In this document: positions 7,795-19,200 of the stretch, in pieces | Position numbering within the stretch: the stretch's first letter is position 1 | Layout: the number at the start of each line of letters is the position of its first letter | Origin: Nitrosomonas sp. | GTDB lineage: Bacteria > Pseudomonadota > Gammaproteobacteria > Burkholderiales > Nitrosomonadaceae | Direction of reading: 5' to 3' | DNA length: 64,000 nucleotides | NCBI GenBank assembly: GCA_021774075.1 | Contig: JAJFJK010000038.1 | Coordinates: 4,880-68,879, forward strand | Program-made: the position numbers and the translations under genes | The notes under the pieces: model-generated | What the model was told of the DNA's origin: nothing | Database searches by the model: none | The model's input: the letters and a program-made list of their open reading frames with translations, nothing else

Positions 7795-9162
7795 TCAATT
7801 GCTAGCTGTAAAGTAAGCAGAGATTTTTTGTAAATCATCCAGAACCAGCGTACCTGCGGCAAATTGCAAACGCAGATACGCCAGCAAATAGTTGTATCGT
7901 GCTTCAGTCAAATCACGTCGTGTTGTAAATAACTGTTGTTGTGCGTCTAATAGATCCAGGTTAATGCGAATGCCACCCTGGATGCTCTTTTGCGTGGCGT
8001 GGACAAGTAATTCTGCTGATTCTACCGCTAATTCCAATGATTTAATTCTTTGGGTGCTACTTTGCAGAAGTCTGTGTTGTGTACGTATCTCGACAAGTAC
8101 GCCATCCTTTATGGCATCAAGATCAGCTTCAGCGCGCGCATGATTTGCTCTTGCTTGCCTGGTAATAGCGTTAACACGACCGCCGGAATATATGGGGATA
8201 TTGACCTCAACCCCGATAGAAGCAAAGCGTGCGTCACGGTTTTGAACAATAAATGATGCTGCTTTATTTCTACTGAGGCTGGCAACCAGGTCGACACGCG
8301 GCGCATGCCCTGCATGGCTCCTATTGATTTCTTGTTGTTCAGACATCACTGTGTGACGTTGTGTTGCAAGCTCAGCATTGCGCTCAAGTGCTAATGCTTG
8401 CCAGCTATCATAGTCGGGTAGTTGAATGGCGTGAATCTGGAATGTATCGGATAATCGATTGAGTTGTTTTATTTCTTGTCCTACGATTGCTTCAAGTCTA
8501 AGTTGTGCGATTTCCATTTCATCATTGGCTTCAATGATTTGTGCTTGCGCTAAAGAAAACCTGGATTGTGTTTCAAGTACATCGGTTGTGGTGCCCTCGC
8601 CTTTCTGTAACATATGTTTGTTGACATGCATGAGTTCTTCCAGTGCATCCCGCTGTGTTTTGGCAAGATTAAAACGATCTTGTGCCAATAATGATTCCAC
8701 ATAGGCTTCAAAAAGTCGTACAACGAGTAGTTGGCTGTTACCGGTAAATCTGGCCCGGCTGGAATTGGCTCTCGCGTGGCCTTGACGATAGGTGGCGACA
8801 GCTTCCATATTTAGTAGCGGTTGGCGTAAAGATAGTGTGCTGACGTTACTGTCAAAATTGAGTGGCGATTGCGTACGAGCTGTGGCAGGGGAGGTGGCGG
8901 TAGCATCGGTAGCACTAAAAATCTGTGTTCCAGTATTTCTACTTTGCACGTGGGTGATGGATAAATTGGGGAGCAATCCTGCACGCCCGATTGTGGCTTC
9001 TTGTTGTCCGGCCTCATTTTCATGGATGGCGGAACGATACACCGGATCATGTTGTAACGCCGCTTCATAGGCGTCCAGGAGCCCCAGTGCCTGGGCAATA
9101 CCTGCTTGACCCATGAGCGTAAAAGAAATTGCAACAAGAAGTTTTTTGCCGGTGAATAACAT
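7795..9162 (-). CDS. TolC-family outer membrane factor of the type I secretion system
   Basis: 455 aa with a signal peptide and the two-repeat TolC architecture (LLDAYEAALQHDPVYRSA near the N-terminus). Last gene of the ABC-HlyD-TolC operon. Confidence 0.9.
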   Translation of the reverse strand: MLFTGKKLLVAISFTLMGQAGIAQALGLLDAYEAALQHDPVYRSAIHENEAGQQEATIGRAGLLPNLSITHVQSRNTGTQIFSATDATATSPATARTQSPLNFDSNVSTLSLRQPLLNMEAVATYRQGHARANSSRARFTGNSQLLVVRLFEAYVESLLAQDRFNLAKTQRDALEELMHVNKHMLQKGEGTTTDVLETQSRFSLAQAQIIEANDEMEIAQLRLEAIVGQEIKQLNRLSDTFQIHAIQLPDYDSWQALALERNAELATQRHTVMSEQQEINRSHAGHAPRVDLVASLSRNKAASFIVQNRDARFASIGVEVNIPIYSGGRVNAITRQARANHARAEADLDAIKDGVLVEIRTQHRLLQSSTQRIKSLELAVESAELLVHATQKSIQGGIRINLDLLDAQQQLFTTRRDLTEARYNYLLAYLRLQFAAGTLVLDDLQKISAYFTASN

Positions 9163-9167
9163 GATAA

Positions 9168-10526
9168 TTATTCTTCGCTCATGGATGAATGAAGCCGGTC
9201 AAGAATCGGTTTGAACATGTAGTTCATTAGCGAGCGTTCACCGGTTTTGATGAATATTTCCACCGGCATGCCTGCACGCACTTGATGATGCGTCAGTAAT
9301 TTCATGCCTTCCAGTGTAACTTTGGCTTTTATGTTGTAATACGGCATCCCTGTATGCTCGTCCGTTAATCGGTCAGCCGATACACGAGACACAATGCCGG
9401 GGATATTGGGTGTTTTATTTTGGTTAAATGCGGAAAAAATCAAATCAACATGCAGTCCGGGATGCACCTTGTCAATTAAATGTACCGGCACCTCCCCAGT
9501 AATTACGAGCATGTCCTCGTTGGGTACAATGTCCATCATGCGAAACCCTGAACCGACAACACCGCCTTCTGTGAAAATATCAATGCCTACGACAATGCCA
9601 TCAACAGGCGCTTTTACCTGGACATTGGCCAACTCAAAGTCCTGCCCCATTAGTCGGCTGTTTAATGACTCTTCTTCGCGTTGTATGTCCGATAACTGCT
9701 GGCGCACTTCTTTTTGGTATTCTTCCTGCCGTTGCACGCGTCGTAACGTTAATTCAGCAATTTGGCGCTGAATGCGGCCCATGTTGCCATTGTTCTCAGA
9801 AATTTCACCGGTTAATTGCGCGTAAGTACGTTCCTGGTCAAACACGCGATTACGCGGCACAAAGCCGTCAGTTGCCAATTCACGTAAACTATTAAGCTGT
9901 TCGTCCAGAAAAGATAACTGCGTTTGTTTGCTTTTTTGTAATGATCTAAGACCCTGTAATTGAATTTCTAAACCCGCAATGTTTTCGTCAACCGCCGCCA
10001 ATTCATGTTGTAAGGATAATTTACGTGAGGCAAACAACTGCTTTTGTAAGCTCAGGGTGTTGGCGATTCTCAAGTCATTTTGTAGCGCAAGCAGCGACGG
10101 TGGAAAGGCGACCTCGGCTGCATTATCGCGTTCAGCAATTAAACGCGCCTCAACGGCACGCGCTGAATTGAGTTGGCCGCGCGTAATTTCCGCCTCTGCC
10201 TTGACTTGAACATCATTCATCTCAACCAATACCTGCCCTGCATTGACCGTTTCACCCTCCTTGACCAGGATTTTGTCTATGGTGCCGCCCGTTTGATGTT
10301 GCACCGCTTTACGATGGCTCGATACGGTTACGGTGCCGGACAACGGCACGCCTTTGTCAAGCGGTGCAAAGAAAGCCCATAATAAAAAACCACCGAAGCC
10401 CGCGATGACAATCCACCATCCCAAACGTGCGTGCACGGTATCATCTGTTTTAACGAGATCACTGGGCAGTGTGTTAGCTGGAATAATTTGAGTGGTTTTT
10501 TGCTCTTCTACAACCAAGGACTTCAT
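9168..10526 (-). CDS. HlyD-family type I secretion membrane fusion protein
   Basis: N-terminal TM segment, a long coiled-coil hairpin, lipoyl/barrel motifs and a C-terminal ...PVEIFIKTGERS...F.P motif typical of T1SS adaptors. Confidence 0.92.
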   Translation of the reverse strand: MKSLVVEEQKTTQIIPANTLPSDLVKTDDTVHARLGWWIVIAGFGGFLLWAFFAPLDKGVPLSGTVTVSSHRKAVQHQTGGTIDKILVKEGETVNAGQVLVEMNDVQVKAEAEITRGQLNSARAVEARLIAERDNAAEVAFPPSLLALQNDLRIANTLSLQKQLFASRKLSLQHELAAVDENIAGLEIQLQGLRSLQKSKQTQLSFLDEQLNSLRELATDGFVPRNRVFDQERTYAQLTGEISENNGNMGRIQRQIAELTLRRVQRQEEYQKEVRQQLSDIQREEESLNSRLMGQDFELANVQVKAPVDGIVVGIDIFTEGGVVGSGFRMMDIVPNEDMLVITGEVPVHLIDKVHPGLHVDLIFSAFNQNKTPNIPGIVSRVSADRLTDEHTGMPYYNIKAKVTLEGMKLLTHHQVRAGMPVEIFIKTGERSLMNYMFKPILDRLHSSMSEE

Positions 10527-10587
10527 AACTTTTCCTGTAGGGTTATCAGCGAAATAATTAATCTATACATGATCATTTACCAATTGA

Positions 10588-12375
10588 TCAAGCACTGGTG
10601 TCAACCACATTGACTGTTGGTGTTGCTTGTTTTTGCTCTGCTTGTTTCTTTTCCTGCTGCTGTGTCAATTGGGCTTGTTGTGCCTGTTTTTGTTGTTCGC
10701 TTAGTTTTGCTAATACTTGATCCGTTGGACCAAACATATTTGCCATGCCATCATGCAGTAGCAGTAATTTATTGGTAACACTGATAATACTGGTTCGATG
10801 CGTGATCAGAACAATGGTTTTCCCACGTTTGCGTAAATCAATCAGCGCTGCCAATAATGCCTGCTCGCCAACGTCATCCAGATTTGAGTTGGGTTCGTCA
10901 AGTACAATCAATGAAGGATCATCATACATGGTGCGTGCCAGGCCAAGACGCTGTTTTTGTCCACCTGACAGACCTGCGCCGCCATCACCTAATAGTGTGT
11001 CATAGCCTTCCGGCATATTTAAAATCATTTCATGAACACCTGCGCGCTTGGCTGCTAAAATGACCTTGTCTGCGTCAATTTCACCAAAACGTGCAATGTT
11101 CTCAGAAACGGTGCCGCTGAATAATTCAATGTCTTGTGGCAGATAGCCGACATGTGAACCGAGTTCATCTTTGTTCCACAAATAAACATCCGAGCCATCT
11201 AAGCGTACTTTTCCGCCGACAGCCGGCCATACACCAACCAGTAGGCGTGCCAATGTCGACTTGCCTGATCCACTGGGGCCGATTACACCCAAGACCTCAC
11301 CGGCAGCAATTGAAAAACTCAATCCTTTGATAACAGCAACCTTGGAGCCCGGCGGTGCAGCCGTGACATTCTCGACTGAGATTACACCTTTTGGTTTGGG
11401 CAGTGCCATGCCTGCCTCACGAGCAGGATTATTTTCCAGTAATTTAGTCAGGCGCTCATAAGCACTACGCGTGCTGCCAAATTGTTTCCATACACTGATC
11501 AGTAGCTGAACTGGTGCAATCGCTCTGCCCAATAATATAGAACCGGCAATCATCATGCCGGGTGAAATCTGGTCATCCAGCACCAATAATGCGCCCAATC
11601 CCAGCATCATTGATTGCAGTGCAACGGTGGATGATTTTGATATCGCGGTGACGATGCCGGATTTCTCACTGGCTTCCGCTTGCAGATTCAGGAATTTACT
11701 ATGTAGCTTATACCAGCGTGCCTGTAGATTGGGCAGCATGCCCATTGCTTCAATGACTTCGGCATTGCGTAAGTTATTGGAAGCCATGTTGGTGGACACA
11801 ATCGCCATGGAATTCGCTTCTTCCAAAGGTTTGCGCGATATCTTTTCGTTGATATAGGCGAGTATGATTAATACTGTTGTGCCACAAATGGCAAAAATAC
11901 CCAGCCAGGGATGAAACATAAAAATAACAAAGACATATATCGGAAACCAAGGGGCATCAAAGAAAGCAAACAAGGCATTGCCTGTCATAAACTGACGTAT
12001 GCTCGTCAAATCTTTTAAAGCTTGTCCCGCATTACTGTCACCCTGTTTTAGGTTTTGTTCAAATGCAGCGGTATAGACGCGTTTATTTAGTTTTGCGTCA
12101 AGTTGTGCCCCCACACGAATCAACACAAAGGTGCGCACATATTCAAGCGCACCCATAAAAATATAAGCGCCCAGCATGATGAGTGTCAGCATTAACAGTG
12201 TTGTTTCGTTACGGCTGGTTAATACGCTGTCATACAGTTGCAACATATAAATTGCCGGCATGAGCATTAACATGTTGATGACAGCACTGAATACACCGAT
12301 GGTACGAAAAGCTTTTTTGAAGCTGGCTAAGACCTGTGCCACTTCATTTTGAGGCAGTTTAAATTTTGATTTCAT
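10588..12375 (-). CDS. Type I secretion system ABC permease/ATPase (PrtD/RsaD type, no C39 domain)
   Basis: 6-TM domain plus NBD with [22 protein letters not shown] and LDEPNSNLD motifs. Its ~595 aa size is typical of RTX or S-layer exporters. Confidence 0.92.
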   Translation of the reverse strand: MKSKFKLPQNEVAQVLASFKKAFRTIGVFSAVINMLMLMPAIYMLQLYDSVLTSRNETTLLMLTLIMLGAYIFMGALEYVRTFVLIRVGAQLDAKLNKRVYTAAFEQNLKQGDSNAGQALKDLTSIRQFMTGNALFAFFDAPWFPIYVFVIFMFHPWLGIFAICGTTVLIILAYINEKISRKPLEEANSMAIVSTNMASNNLRNAEVIEAMGMLPNLQARWYKLHSKFLNLQAEASEKSGIVTAISKSSTVALQSMMLGLGALLVLDDQISPGMMIAGSILLGRAIAPVQLLISVWKQFGSTRSAYERLTKLLENNPAREAGMALPKPKGVISVENVTAAPPGSKVAVIKGLSFSIAAGEVLGVIGPSGSGKSTLARLLVGVWPAVGGKVRLDGSDVYLWNKDELGSHVGYLPQDIELFSGTVSENIARFGEIDADKVILAAKRAGVHEMILNMPEGYDTLLGDGGAGLSGGQKQRLGLARTMYDDPSLIVLDEPNSNLDDVGEQALLAALIDLRKRGKTIVLITHRTSIISVTNKLLLLHDGMANMFGPTDQVLAKLSEQQKQAQQAQLTQQQEKKQAEQKQATPTVNVVDTSA

Positions 12376-12474
12376 TGGTAAGAATGTTGATTAACAAAAT
12401 ATGCAGCCTAACTTGTTTGCTAAAAGTGCAATTGCACCACCAAGTGTAAAAAGTATGCAAAGAATACATGAAAA

Positions 12475-12490
12475 TGTGATCTGTGTCACA
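12475..12490 (-). promoter_or_regulatory. Perfect CRP-type operator TGTGA-N6-TCACA upstream of the T1SS operon
   Basis: The sequence aaaTGTGAtctgtgTCACAttt is a 22-bp near-ideal CRP consensus. Its centre lies about 107 nt upstream of the ABC start codon, just downstream of the CRP-family gene. Confidence 0.6.
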
Positions 12491-12517
12491 TTTTTATCGG
12501 AATGAAAATCTAATTCA

Positions 12518-13300
12518 TTAAGTACACTGTACCAATTTCTTTAATGCATTTGGATCTGTAATAATCAAACGGTGCGCTTCTTTCTTGACGATTCCCTGCT
12601 GTGCCAGCATAAGTAGGGTGCGTGTTACCGTTTCACGGCTGGTATTGATCATATTTGCAATTTCCTGGTGGGTGGGCAGGTTTTCCACCAGTTCCTGTTT
12701 CTCTGCGTTTTTTTGTTTCATAAAGGCCAAAAAACTGAAAATTCGCTTTGACGTATTGTTAATACTGAGCAAGGTGCGGAATTTATGATCACGCAGTACT
12801 TTCTGAGCCAAATGAAACTGCACCTGGTGCGCAACGGAAGGCGTATGTGTAAACAAATGTCGCGCTACTGCAGCCGGTAAGAATGCGATCAAAACATCAC
12901 TGAGCGCCGCCACCGTAGACATATGCACAGACTGATTAATCAACGCAACTTCGCCAAAAAAACTGCCGGGCGATAATAAACTCAGTCCGGTTACGCTGCC
13001 TTGTTCTGTTCGGTCAACAACCTGGATTCTTCCTGAAAGTAACAGCAATAAATGATCGGCACTTGCACCCTGTTGTAAAATTACATCACGTCGGACGTAT
13101 TGTTGGATGCTGAGATGCTTTTTAACATGTTCCATCTCGTTGCCGGTTAGTTGTGACAGCAGTGGAATATTCCGTAAATTAATGGTTATATTAACCTTGC
13201 TTTTATTTGGCACAGGTGCCGGAGGTATCGGTATGCCAGTCGACGGCGGTGATACCGGTGCATCTTCCAATGAAACAAGCAGGTTTTTTTTGTTAGCCAT
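12518..13300 (-). CDS. Crp/Fnr-family cNMP-binding transcriptional regulator with a Pro-rich N-terminal extension
   Basis: cNMP-binding domain (FFGEVALI...). C-terminal HTH with recognition helix SRETVTRTL, an RE..R pattern as in CRP. Confidence 0.85.
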   Translation of the reverse strand: MANKKNLLVSLEDAPVSPPSTGIPIPPAPVPNKSKVNITINLRNIPLLSQLTGNEMEHVKKHLSIQQYVRRDVILQQGASADHLLLLLSGRIQVVDRTEQGSVTGLSLLSPGSFFGEVALINQSVHMSTVAALSDVLIAFLPAAVARHLFTHTPSVAHQVQFHLAQKVLRDHKFRTLLSINNTSKRIFSFLAFMKQKNAEKQELVENLPTHQEIANMINTSRETVTRTLLMLAQQGIVKKEAHRLIITDPNALKKLVQCT

Positions 13301-13386
13301 TAAATTTTTGTAAGTAAATCCTATGGTTCAAGTTAAAACAATCGGGGAGAAAAATCAATATTCATTCGTTCAGTTAGTCAGATTCA

Positions 13387-14355
13387 TTAATGCAACCATT
13401 GGTGATACCAAGCAGCCGTCGCACATAAACCCTGCTCCAGTGTATGAGGTGGAACCCAGTCCAACTCGTCACGTAACTTTGCATCGTTTACGCGCAACGA
13501 GCCGAGCAATTTGTCGATTTGTGCCGAACGTCCCAACACTGCTGCAGCAGTACGTAACAGACTGGGCGGAAAATAGAACGAGCGGTTTTTGCGCCCCAAT
13601 GCAAGCGCGATTTTTTTTACCAGCAACGTGGTGGAGACATCCTCACCATCCCGTACCAGGTAGGTTTGTCCTGCAGCTTTAGGGTGGGTCGCACAGGTCA
13701 TCATCGCACTCACCAGATTGCCTATATACACCAGACTGCGAGCGTTGTGCATGCCCGCCAGGGGCATCGGGATTCCTTTGTTTACCGTGTTTAAAAGGCT
13801 GAGGAAATTCCCTTTTACGCCGGGGCCATATACCAGCGGCGGACGCACGACCACTACTTCCAGGCCCGTGTCTTGCGCGATGCGCTGCAATGCTTGTTCG
13901 GCCTCCCATTTCGAGATGCCATAGGGATCCAGAGGCGCTGGCTTATCTTGTTCGGTGTAGCTGTGCTGGCCATGCGTCTCCTCGCCGTTTACCTTAACTG
14001 AGCTTACGTAAACAAACCGCTTTACCCCGGCAAGCGCTGCTTGTTGCGCCAGATGAGATGTGCCGTATAAATTGACCTTGAGAAACGCTGCCAGTGGATC
14101 AACGGCCTTATCTTTCATCACATGCACCCGCGCGGCGAGATGAATAACGACATCTACGTCGACCAATGCAGCAGCCCAATCCGTCTGGTCATTTATCTGT
14201 CCGACTGTTACTGGTTTTATGCCTGAGTTTGTGTCTGGGGAAAATTGATGTGGTGTGCGCAGAGCCGCTTTAACATGCCATCCTTGTCTGAGCATCTGCG
14301 TACATAGCGCCTGGCCGACAAAACCGCTGGCGCCAGTAACAAGAACGCTACTCAA
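13387..14355 (-). CDS. NAD-dependent sugar epimerase/dehydratase (SDR family)
   Basis: VLVTGASGFVG Rossmann motif and YGISKWEAE (YxxxK catalytic motif). Confidence 0.85.
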   Translation of the reverse strand: MSSVLVTGASGFVGQALCTQMLRQGWHVKAALRTPHQFSPDTNSGIKPVTVGQINDQTDWAAALVDVDVVIHLAARVHVMKDKAVDPLAAFLKVNLYGTSHLAQQAALAGVKRFVYVSSVKVNGEETHGQHSYTEQDKPAPLDPYGISKWEAEQALQRIAQDTGLEVVVVRPPLVYGPGVKGNFLSLLNTVNKGIPMPLAGMHNARSLVYIGNLVSAMMTCATHPKAAGQTYLVRDGEDVSTTLLVKKIALALGRKNRSFYFPPSLLRTAAAVLGRSAQIDKLLGSLRVNDAKLRDELDWVPPHTLEQGLCATAAWYHQWLH

Positions 14356-15518
14356 GTCAAATCCTCTACTGCCTCACGGTACAAATCGGCATAGGCTTTG
14401 CCCAAAGCACTGCCGGAAAATAAACGTTCGTATCGTGTGCGCGCCGCCAGCCCCATTTCTTCCGCCATTGAGGTTTCGCGCAATAATTGATTCATGGCTT
14501 GTGCGAGGTCATTTGGTGCCTCCGGTGGCACAACGATGCCGGTTTCTTCATGCCTATTAACATAGGAGGTGCCTGTGCCTATTTCACATGAAATTTGCGG
14601 TTTGGCAAACATAGCGGCTTCTACCAATACCATTCCGAAAGCTTCCGAGCGCAAGTGTGAAGGAAGCACTAACGCACGGCACGATTGTAATAAGGCTACT
14701 TTTTCCGTGTCCGATATTTGCCCCGCAAATATCACATTGTGTCCTCCGGTTTGCGTTAGCAATTCTTGCAGAACCTGTTCTTCCGGTCCGGAGCCTGCGA
14801 TGACAATTTTCGCGTCGACATGGCGTGCGGCCTGAATCAGTGTATGCAATCCCTTATAATAGCGCAACACGCCGATGAACAAGAAATAGGGCTCATTTTG
14901 TATCAGTTTAATGCGCTCAAATACTTTGTGATCCGCTTCCTTTGAGTAAGACTCTTCCACGATCCCGCTTGGAATCACACGCACTTTCTCACGAATGGAT
15001 GGATGGTTAAGCACAGGACTGGTGCGTGCATAGGGTGGAGAGGTCGCAACAATGAACCGCATTGCTTTTAAAGTACGCCACATCAAAGGCGCATAGATCT
15101 TACCTAATATTTTCTGCCGTACAATATCCGAATGATACGTCATCACCGCAGGAATTTGCGGACGGCCTATGGCATGCAAAATGTCTCCAAATGGCCAAGG
15201 AAAGTGATGGTGAATAATATCGGAAACCCCGCAGCACTTGGAAAACGTTCTAATTGAAGCTATTCCTCCCAAGTCGCAGGACGCAGGTGCTGCCCAGGAT
15301 CGTGTTCTCAACACCATGCCTTCTGGTCGGGAAATTACTTCTGGATACGGTGTGGGCGAGAGGGTAAATATCTTCGTGTCTACACCAAAACCGGCAGTGG
15401 ACAAACCAACCTGTCTAATCACCTCTTGCAATCCACCGGGCGGGTCTGGGAAATAGGTGCGGTAAACCTGCAAGGCCTGAAGATTGTTACTCAGTTTGTC
15501 ACTCAGCATGTTACTCAC
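14352..15518 (-). CDS. Glycosyltransferase, GT-B fold (family 4 like)
   Basis: C-terminal EAFGMVLVEAAMFAKP...E motif of GT1/GT4 enzymes. Overlapping stop/start codons with its neighbours. Confidence 0.85.
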   Translation of the reverse strand: MSNMLSDKLSNNLQALQVYRTYFPDPPGGLQEVIRQVGLSTAGFGVDTKIFTLSPTPYPEVISRPEGMVLRTRSWAAPASCDLGGIASIRTFSKCCGVSDIIHHHFPWPFGDILHAIGRPQIPAVMTYHSDIVRQKILGKIYAPLMWRTLKAMRFIVATSPPYARTSPVLNHPSIREKVRVIPSGIVEESYSKEADHKVFERIKLIQNEPYFLFIGVLRYYKGLHTLIQAARHVDAKIVIAGSGPEEQVLQELLTQTGGHNVIFAGQISDTEKVALLQSCRALVLPSHLRSEAFGMVLVEAAMFAKPQISCEIGTGTSYVNRHEETGIVVPPEAPNDLAQAMNQLLRETSMAEEMGLAARTRYERLFSGSALGKAYADLYREAVEDLT

Positions 15519-16221
15519 TTTTAACTAAAAATCTTAGGCACAGATTTTTTGCCAAGTGCCAGCGAGAAGCCAGAATTTGTGCAAAACCTCGTCGTTTTTC
15601 CGGGGTGACATTGTGTTGATGCCGACGATAGCCCATTAAAGCCATATCCAGAAAATAGGGTGGCTCATAAATTGAGTTTACACAGCCAATCCATACATCA
15701 TGCATGATATTCTTCGGGAATGGCAAAAACCGATGGGCTACCGATTGCCGAAATGCCATGCTACAACCCAAGTACTTATTCTTGGTGATATTGTGCCATA
15801 TGCTGGGGGAAAAGCCTCCCCGGCTTTTAAGAAATGATTCTGCGACGACTTCATCCGCATCATTTATGATCTCCGCGTCACTCAAAACGAGTGTCACGTC
15901 CGGGCGCTCATCAAAAACGTCGAGAAACCGTTTTACCTTCTCTGGGTACCAAATATCATCCTGGTCACTCAGAAAAATAACGCTTCCTGAAGCCTGTTGG
16001 ATCGCCTGTTCAAATGTTCGGACTATCCCTCGATTGCAATCGTTACGGTAAATTTTAATGCGTTCGTCGCCTATGTTTTCCACCACATCAAGTGTTGCAT
16101 CTGATGAGTGATCATCTACCAGAATAACTTCATCAACAGGCTCGAGTTGGCATAGCATGCTTTCAAGCTGCCGCTTGATATAAAGGGAACCATTATACGT
16201 TGCCATACAGACGGAGATCAT
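15511..16221 (-). CDS. Glycosyltransferase family 2
   Basis: The ISVCMATYNG...VDDHSSD...SDQDD pattern of GT-A family 2 enzymes. Confidence 0.85.
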   Translation of the reverse strand: MISVCMATYNGSLYIKRQLESMLCQLEPVDEVILVDDHSSDATLDVVENIGDERIKIYRNDCNRGIVRTFEQAIQQASGSVIFLSDQDDIWYPEKVKRFLDVFDERPDVTLVLSDAEIINDADEVVAESFLKSRGGFSPSIWHNITKNKYLGCSMAFRQSVAHRFLPFPKNIMHDVWIGCVNSIYEPPYFLDMALMGYRRHQHNVTPEKRRGFAQILASRWHLAKNLCLRFLVKSE

Positions 16222-16244
16222 TTTAGGTTGCCGTGTACAGTCAT

Positions 16245-19200
16245 TTAACTCACTAGTCCGTGACCGCAGTAGTGATCATCCAGCGTTAATGCACCAAGAA
16301 TAGCCTGCTCTGTTTTGGAAGGGTTCTCGGCAAATGCCTCAAATAAGGCCGTTGCGATATCCGCAGGAACCTGAAAATTGTCGGTCAGCTTATCTCTTAC
16401 GGCAATGCTTTGGTCTACAAAATCCATAATGCCTCGTCGTATTTCCACGCGGGTCAACATTGCCTGGCGTTCTTCTTCGCTCAAATGACGGAATTCAGGA
16501 AGAATTTCGTTAGAATCTCCCAACCGATAACGCACAATTTGTGCATCATCAGAGCTTAATAATTTTTCGAGGGAAAAACTTTTTACGAAGATCAATGGGG
16601 GGTTGTCGAATGCATTAACGTAATGACCAAAGCAGCCTTGCGTGATTACATCATATTGTGAAGATATGCTCTCGGCACGTTCCTCAGTCACCATATAATA
16701 ACCATGTATGCTGCAATTCGTCAGACGATTCAGGCGGCCTTGTATCGTTGCCGCATAACCAATGTCCACGATGGCTGACGAGGTGGCGGTGTTGAGTCCC
16801 ATGTCGTTTAAATAAGCTAATAATCCTGGGCGTTCATCCTGAGCCTGCGCCAGAATACGTTCTTCAAGCGCTTGCAATAGCGGTATCAAGTGGTCAACAT
16901 TATTTTTCTTAACCGATACCAATTTGTTTTTGGGCCATAGCTTACGTTGTGCAAATTCATCGCATTCCGCCTGTGATAATGTCAATCCATAGCGGACTTG
17001 TATAAACTCGGATAGGCGGTTGGAAGAATAATTCACACGCGCTATTTCGAGGATGTCCTCCAGGTTTGAAATCATTGGGACAGTCACTGCGCGGCGTGAG
17101 AGTACGAGGTAATCAGCGGGTATTGCGTTGGTATCATTTGAGAACCAGCGGTCATAAACCATCTTCAGTATTTGTCCCTCTCGTGCGAGAAAGTGCAGGT
17201 GTTGAATACCATCTGCTGTTGCCTTTGCCGCCAGCCATTGAATAAAGGACAGCACCAAAGGCCCGGCAACGGCATATCCAATCGCCCAAGGTGTGGCGGG
17301 AACGAGATCTGAAGGGTCAAACTTTGGGAAGAATAAAGGCTGAAAATTGTCTCGTACAAGTATGCCAAGGGTGAGCTGCAGATTAATGTCTTCCCGATAT
17401 AATGAGCGCTCAATTAATGGTCCCAAGCGGGGGATGGCGCGTGCTAATTCTACCGGCCGTAGAATATGCAGACACTGTATTGCCATACCTCCGGGAATCT
17501 GGATATCAGAGTGTTCATTGTCTCCGATCATCATGGTCGCATTTGGGGAAACCTGTTCCTGAACCAATATATGGCGGTAAAGATCACCTGTATCCTTGCG
17601 CAGACCAATATCGGAAGATAAATACAGTTGACGCCAGCCTGTTATGCCATGGTCTTTTAGCATTGCTTCAATCGTTGATTTGGGTAAATACATATCACTG
17701 GCTAAAATGACTCGTTTACCCAAATTCACAGCGGAATGCAACAGCGCAATAACTTCCGGTCGGGGTGCCACGGACTCCATTTCAAGCGTTTCTTCGAGGT
17801 GGCGTAATTGTGTTATGGATTCGGCTGACAGTCCAGATAGTATGGATAATTCTTCAAAAATAGCATCCAAGCCGATATCTCGCCCAGCTTTCTGACGTGC
17901 ATATGCTTCCGCTGTGGCACGTAATTCAAGATAAAGCTTACCGGTTTTACCGCCTATTCGTTGCGCAATAATGGGTTTAATGTCTTCCGGATTGAGTAAC
18001 GGGCGCAGCAGGAGTATGTCGAAAATATCGAAAATAATCAGGCGTATGTCTGGGTCCGCCAACATAGCCTGAATATTTTCTGGTTTACGTTCAAGATATT
18101 GTTCAAAACGCCAGCGAGACCAGCTATTCGATTGCGTATCCTGCAGAATCAGTGTGTTGAGTCCTGCTTGACCGGTTACCAGAACAAATAAACGCTCCAG
18201 ACAGTGTGCCAGGGTCGCATCCTTTTGCCCGGCTTCCTTGGGAAAATCTTCAATTTCTATTTTTGCGTTGAACAGTGGCCGCAGGGCTTCCGAACGCGCC
18301 CAAAACATAGACCCCGCAGGAAAATCAAAATAACCTGTTGGCGTATTTATTATGCCGAGCTTATTACACCAAATCAGCCCACATGTTTTATTGGAAAGCC
18401 AAGTATATGCAGAGTAAGGTAAGCCTGAAAAGTTTTGCGGGTAAATAAAGCCAACCTGCTGGTCACCAGTCAGTAATGCAAAAATCCTGCGGATCTGTGA
18501 TTCGCTTCCTAACAGGTTTGTCAGCAAGTATTCCCGCCAGCCGTCAGTCGCACCTTTATTGTAAAGTGATTTCTTGCTGTGAATATGGCATATGTAGTCA
18601 TAGCCTTGCAGTGCCTCACCAAAAGCACAAAACATCGGCGCAATGTCGCGTCCGCGATTGGGTACGATTGTCACGGTAAGTTGCTCTAATCGAGATAATT
18701 TGGAGAAGGTTTGCTTGCATAGGTTGCAAGTAGTCTCGTCAGGTGTCGAGACAAACAGGTCATAGGAAAACGGCATATTGCGCAGAAAGCCTGCAAATTC
18801 TGTGGCTAAATCGGCATAAAAAATATGCGCGTGAATGGCAATGCGGCCTGGCGGCATGCTGGTTAAGGGCGAGGTACCGGAAACATCGATCATCCCTGCC
18901 AAATGACCCTCAGAAGCTGCCAGGAATTGTGTGAGTGTGCCATATGTTCTGATGCGCCACATTTCATAATTCGTTATTCCGGCAAAAAGTGGACCAGCTA
19001 TCCGATAGACCACATTTAACAAAACGCTACGCAAGCGTTCCGGTAGGTGCCAGTAGACCATCTTCAGGTGTGGTATTAGTCGGTGACGCAGCCCGGCCAA
19101 TGCTTCGCGATGCTGACCACGCACAATTCGGGTGAAGAAGCGTAAGGGAGCTGTGATTTTCCATGATGATGAATGCGTCAAGCCATCAATCATTTTATGT

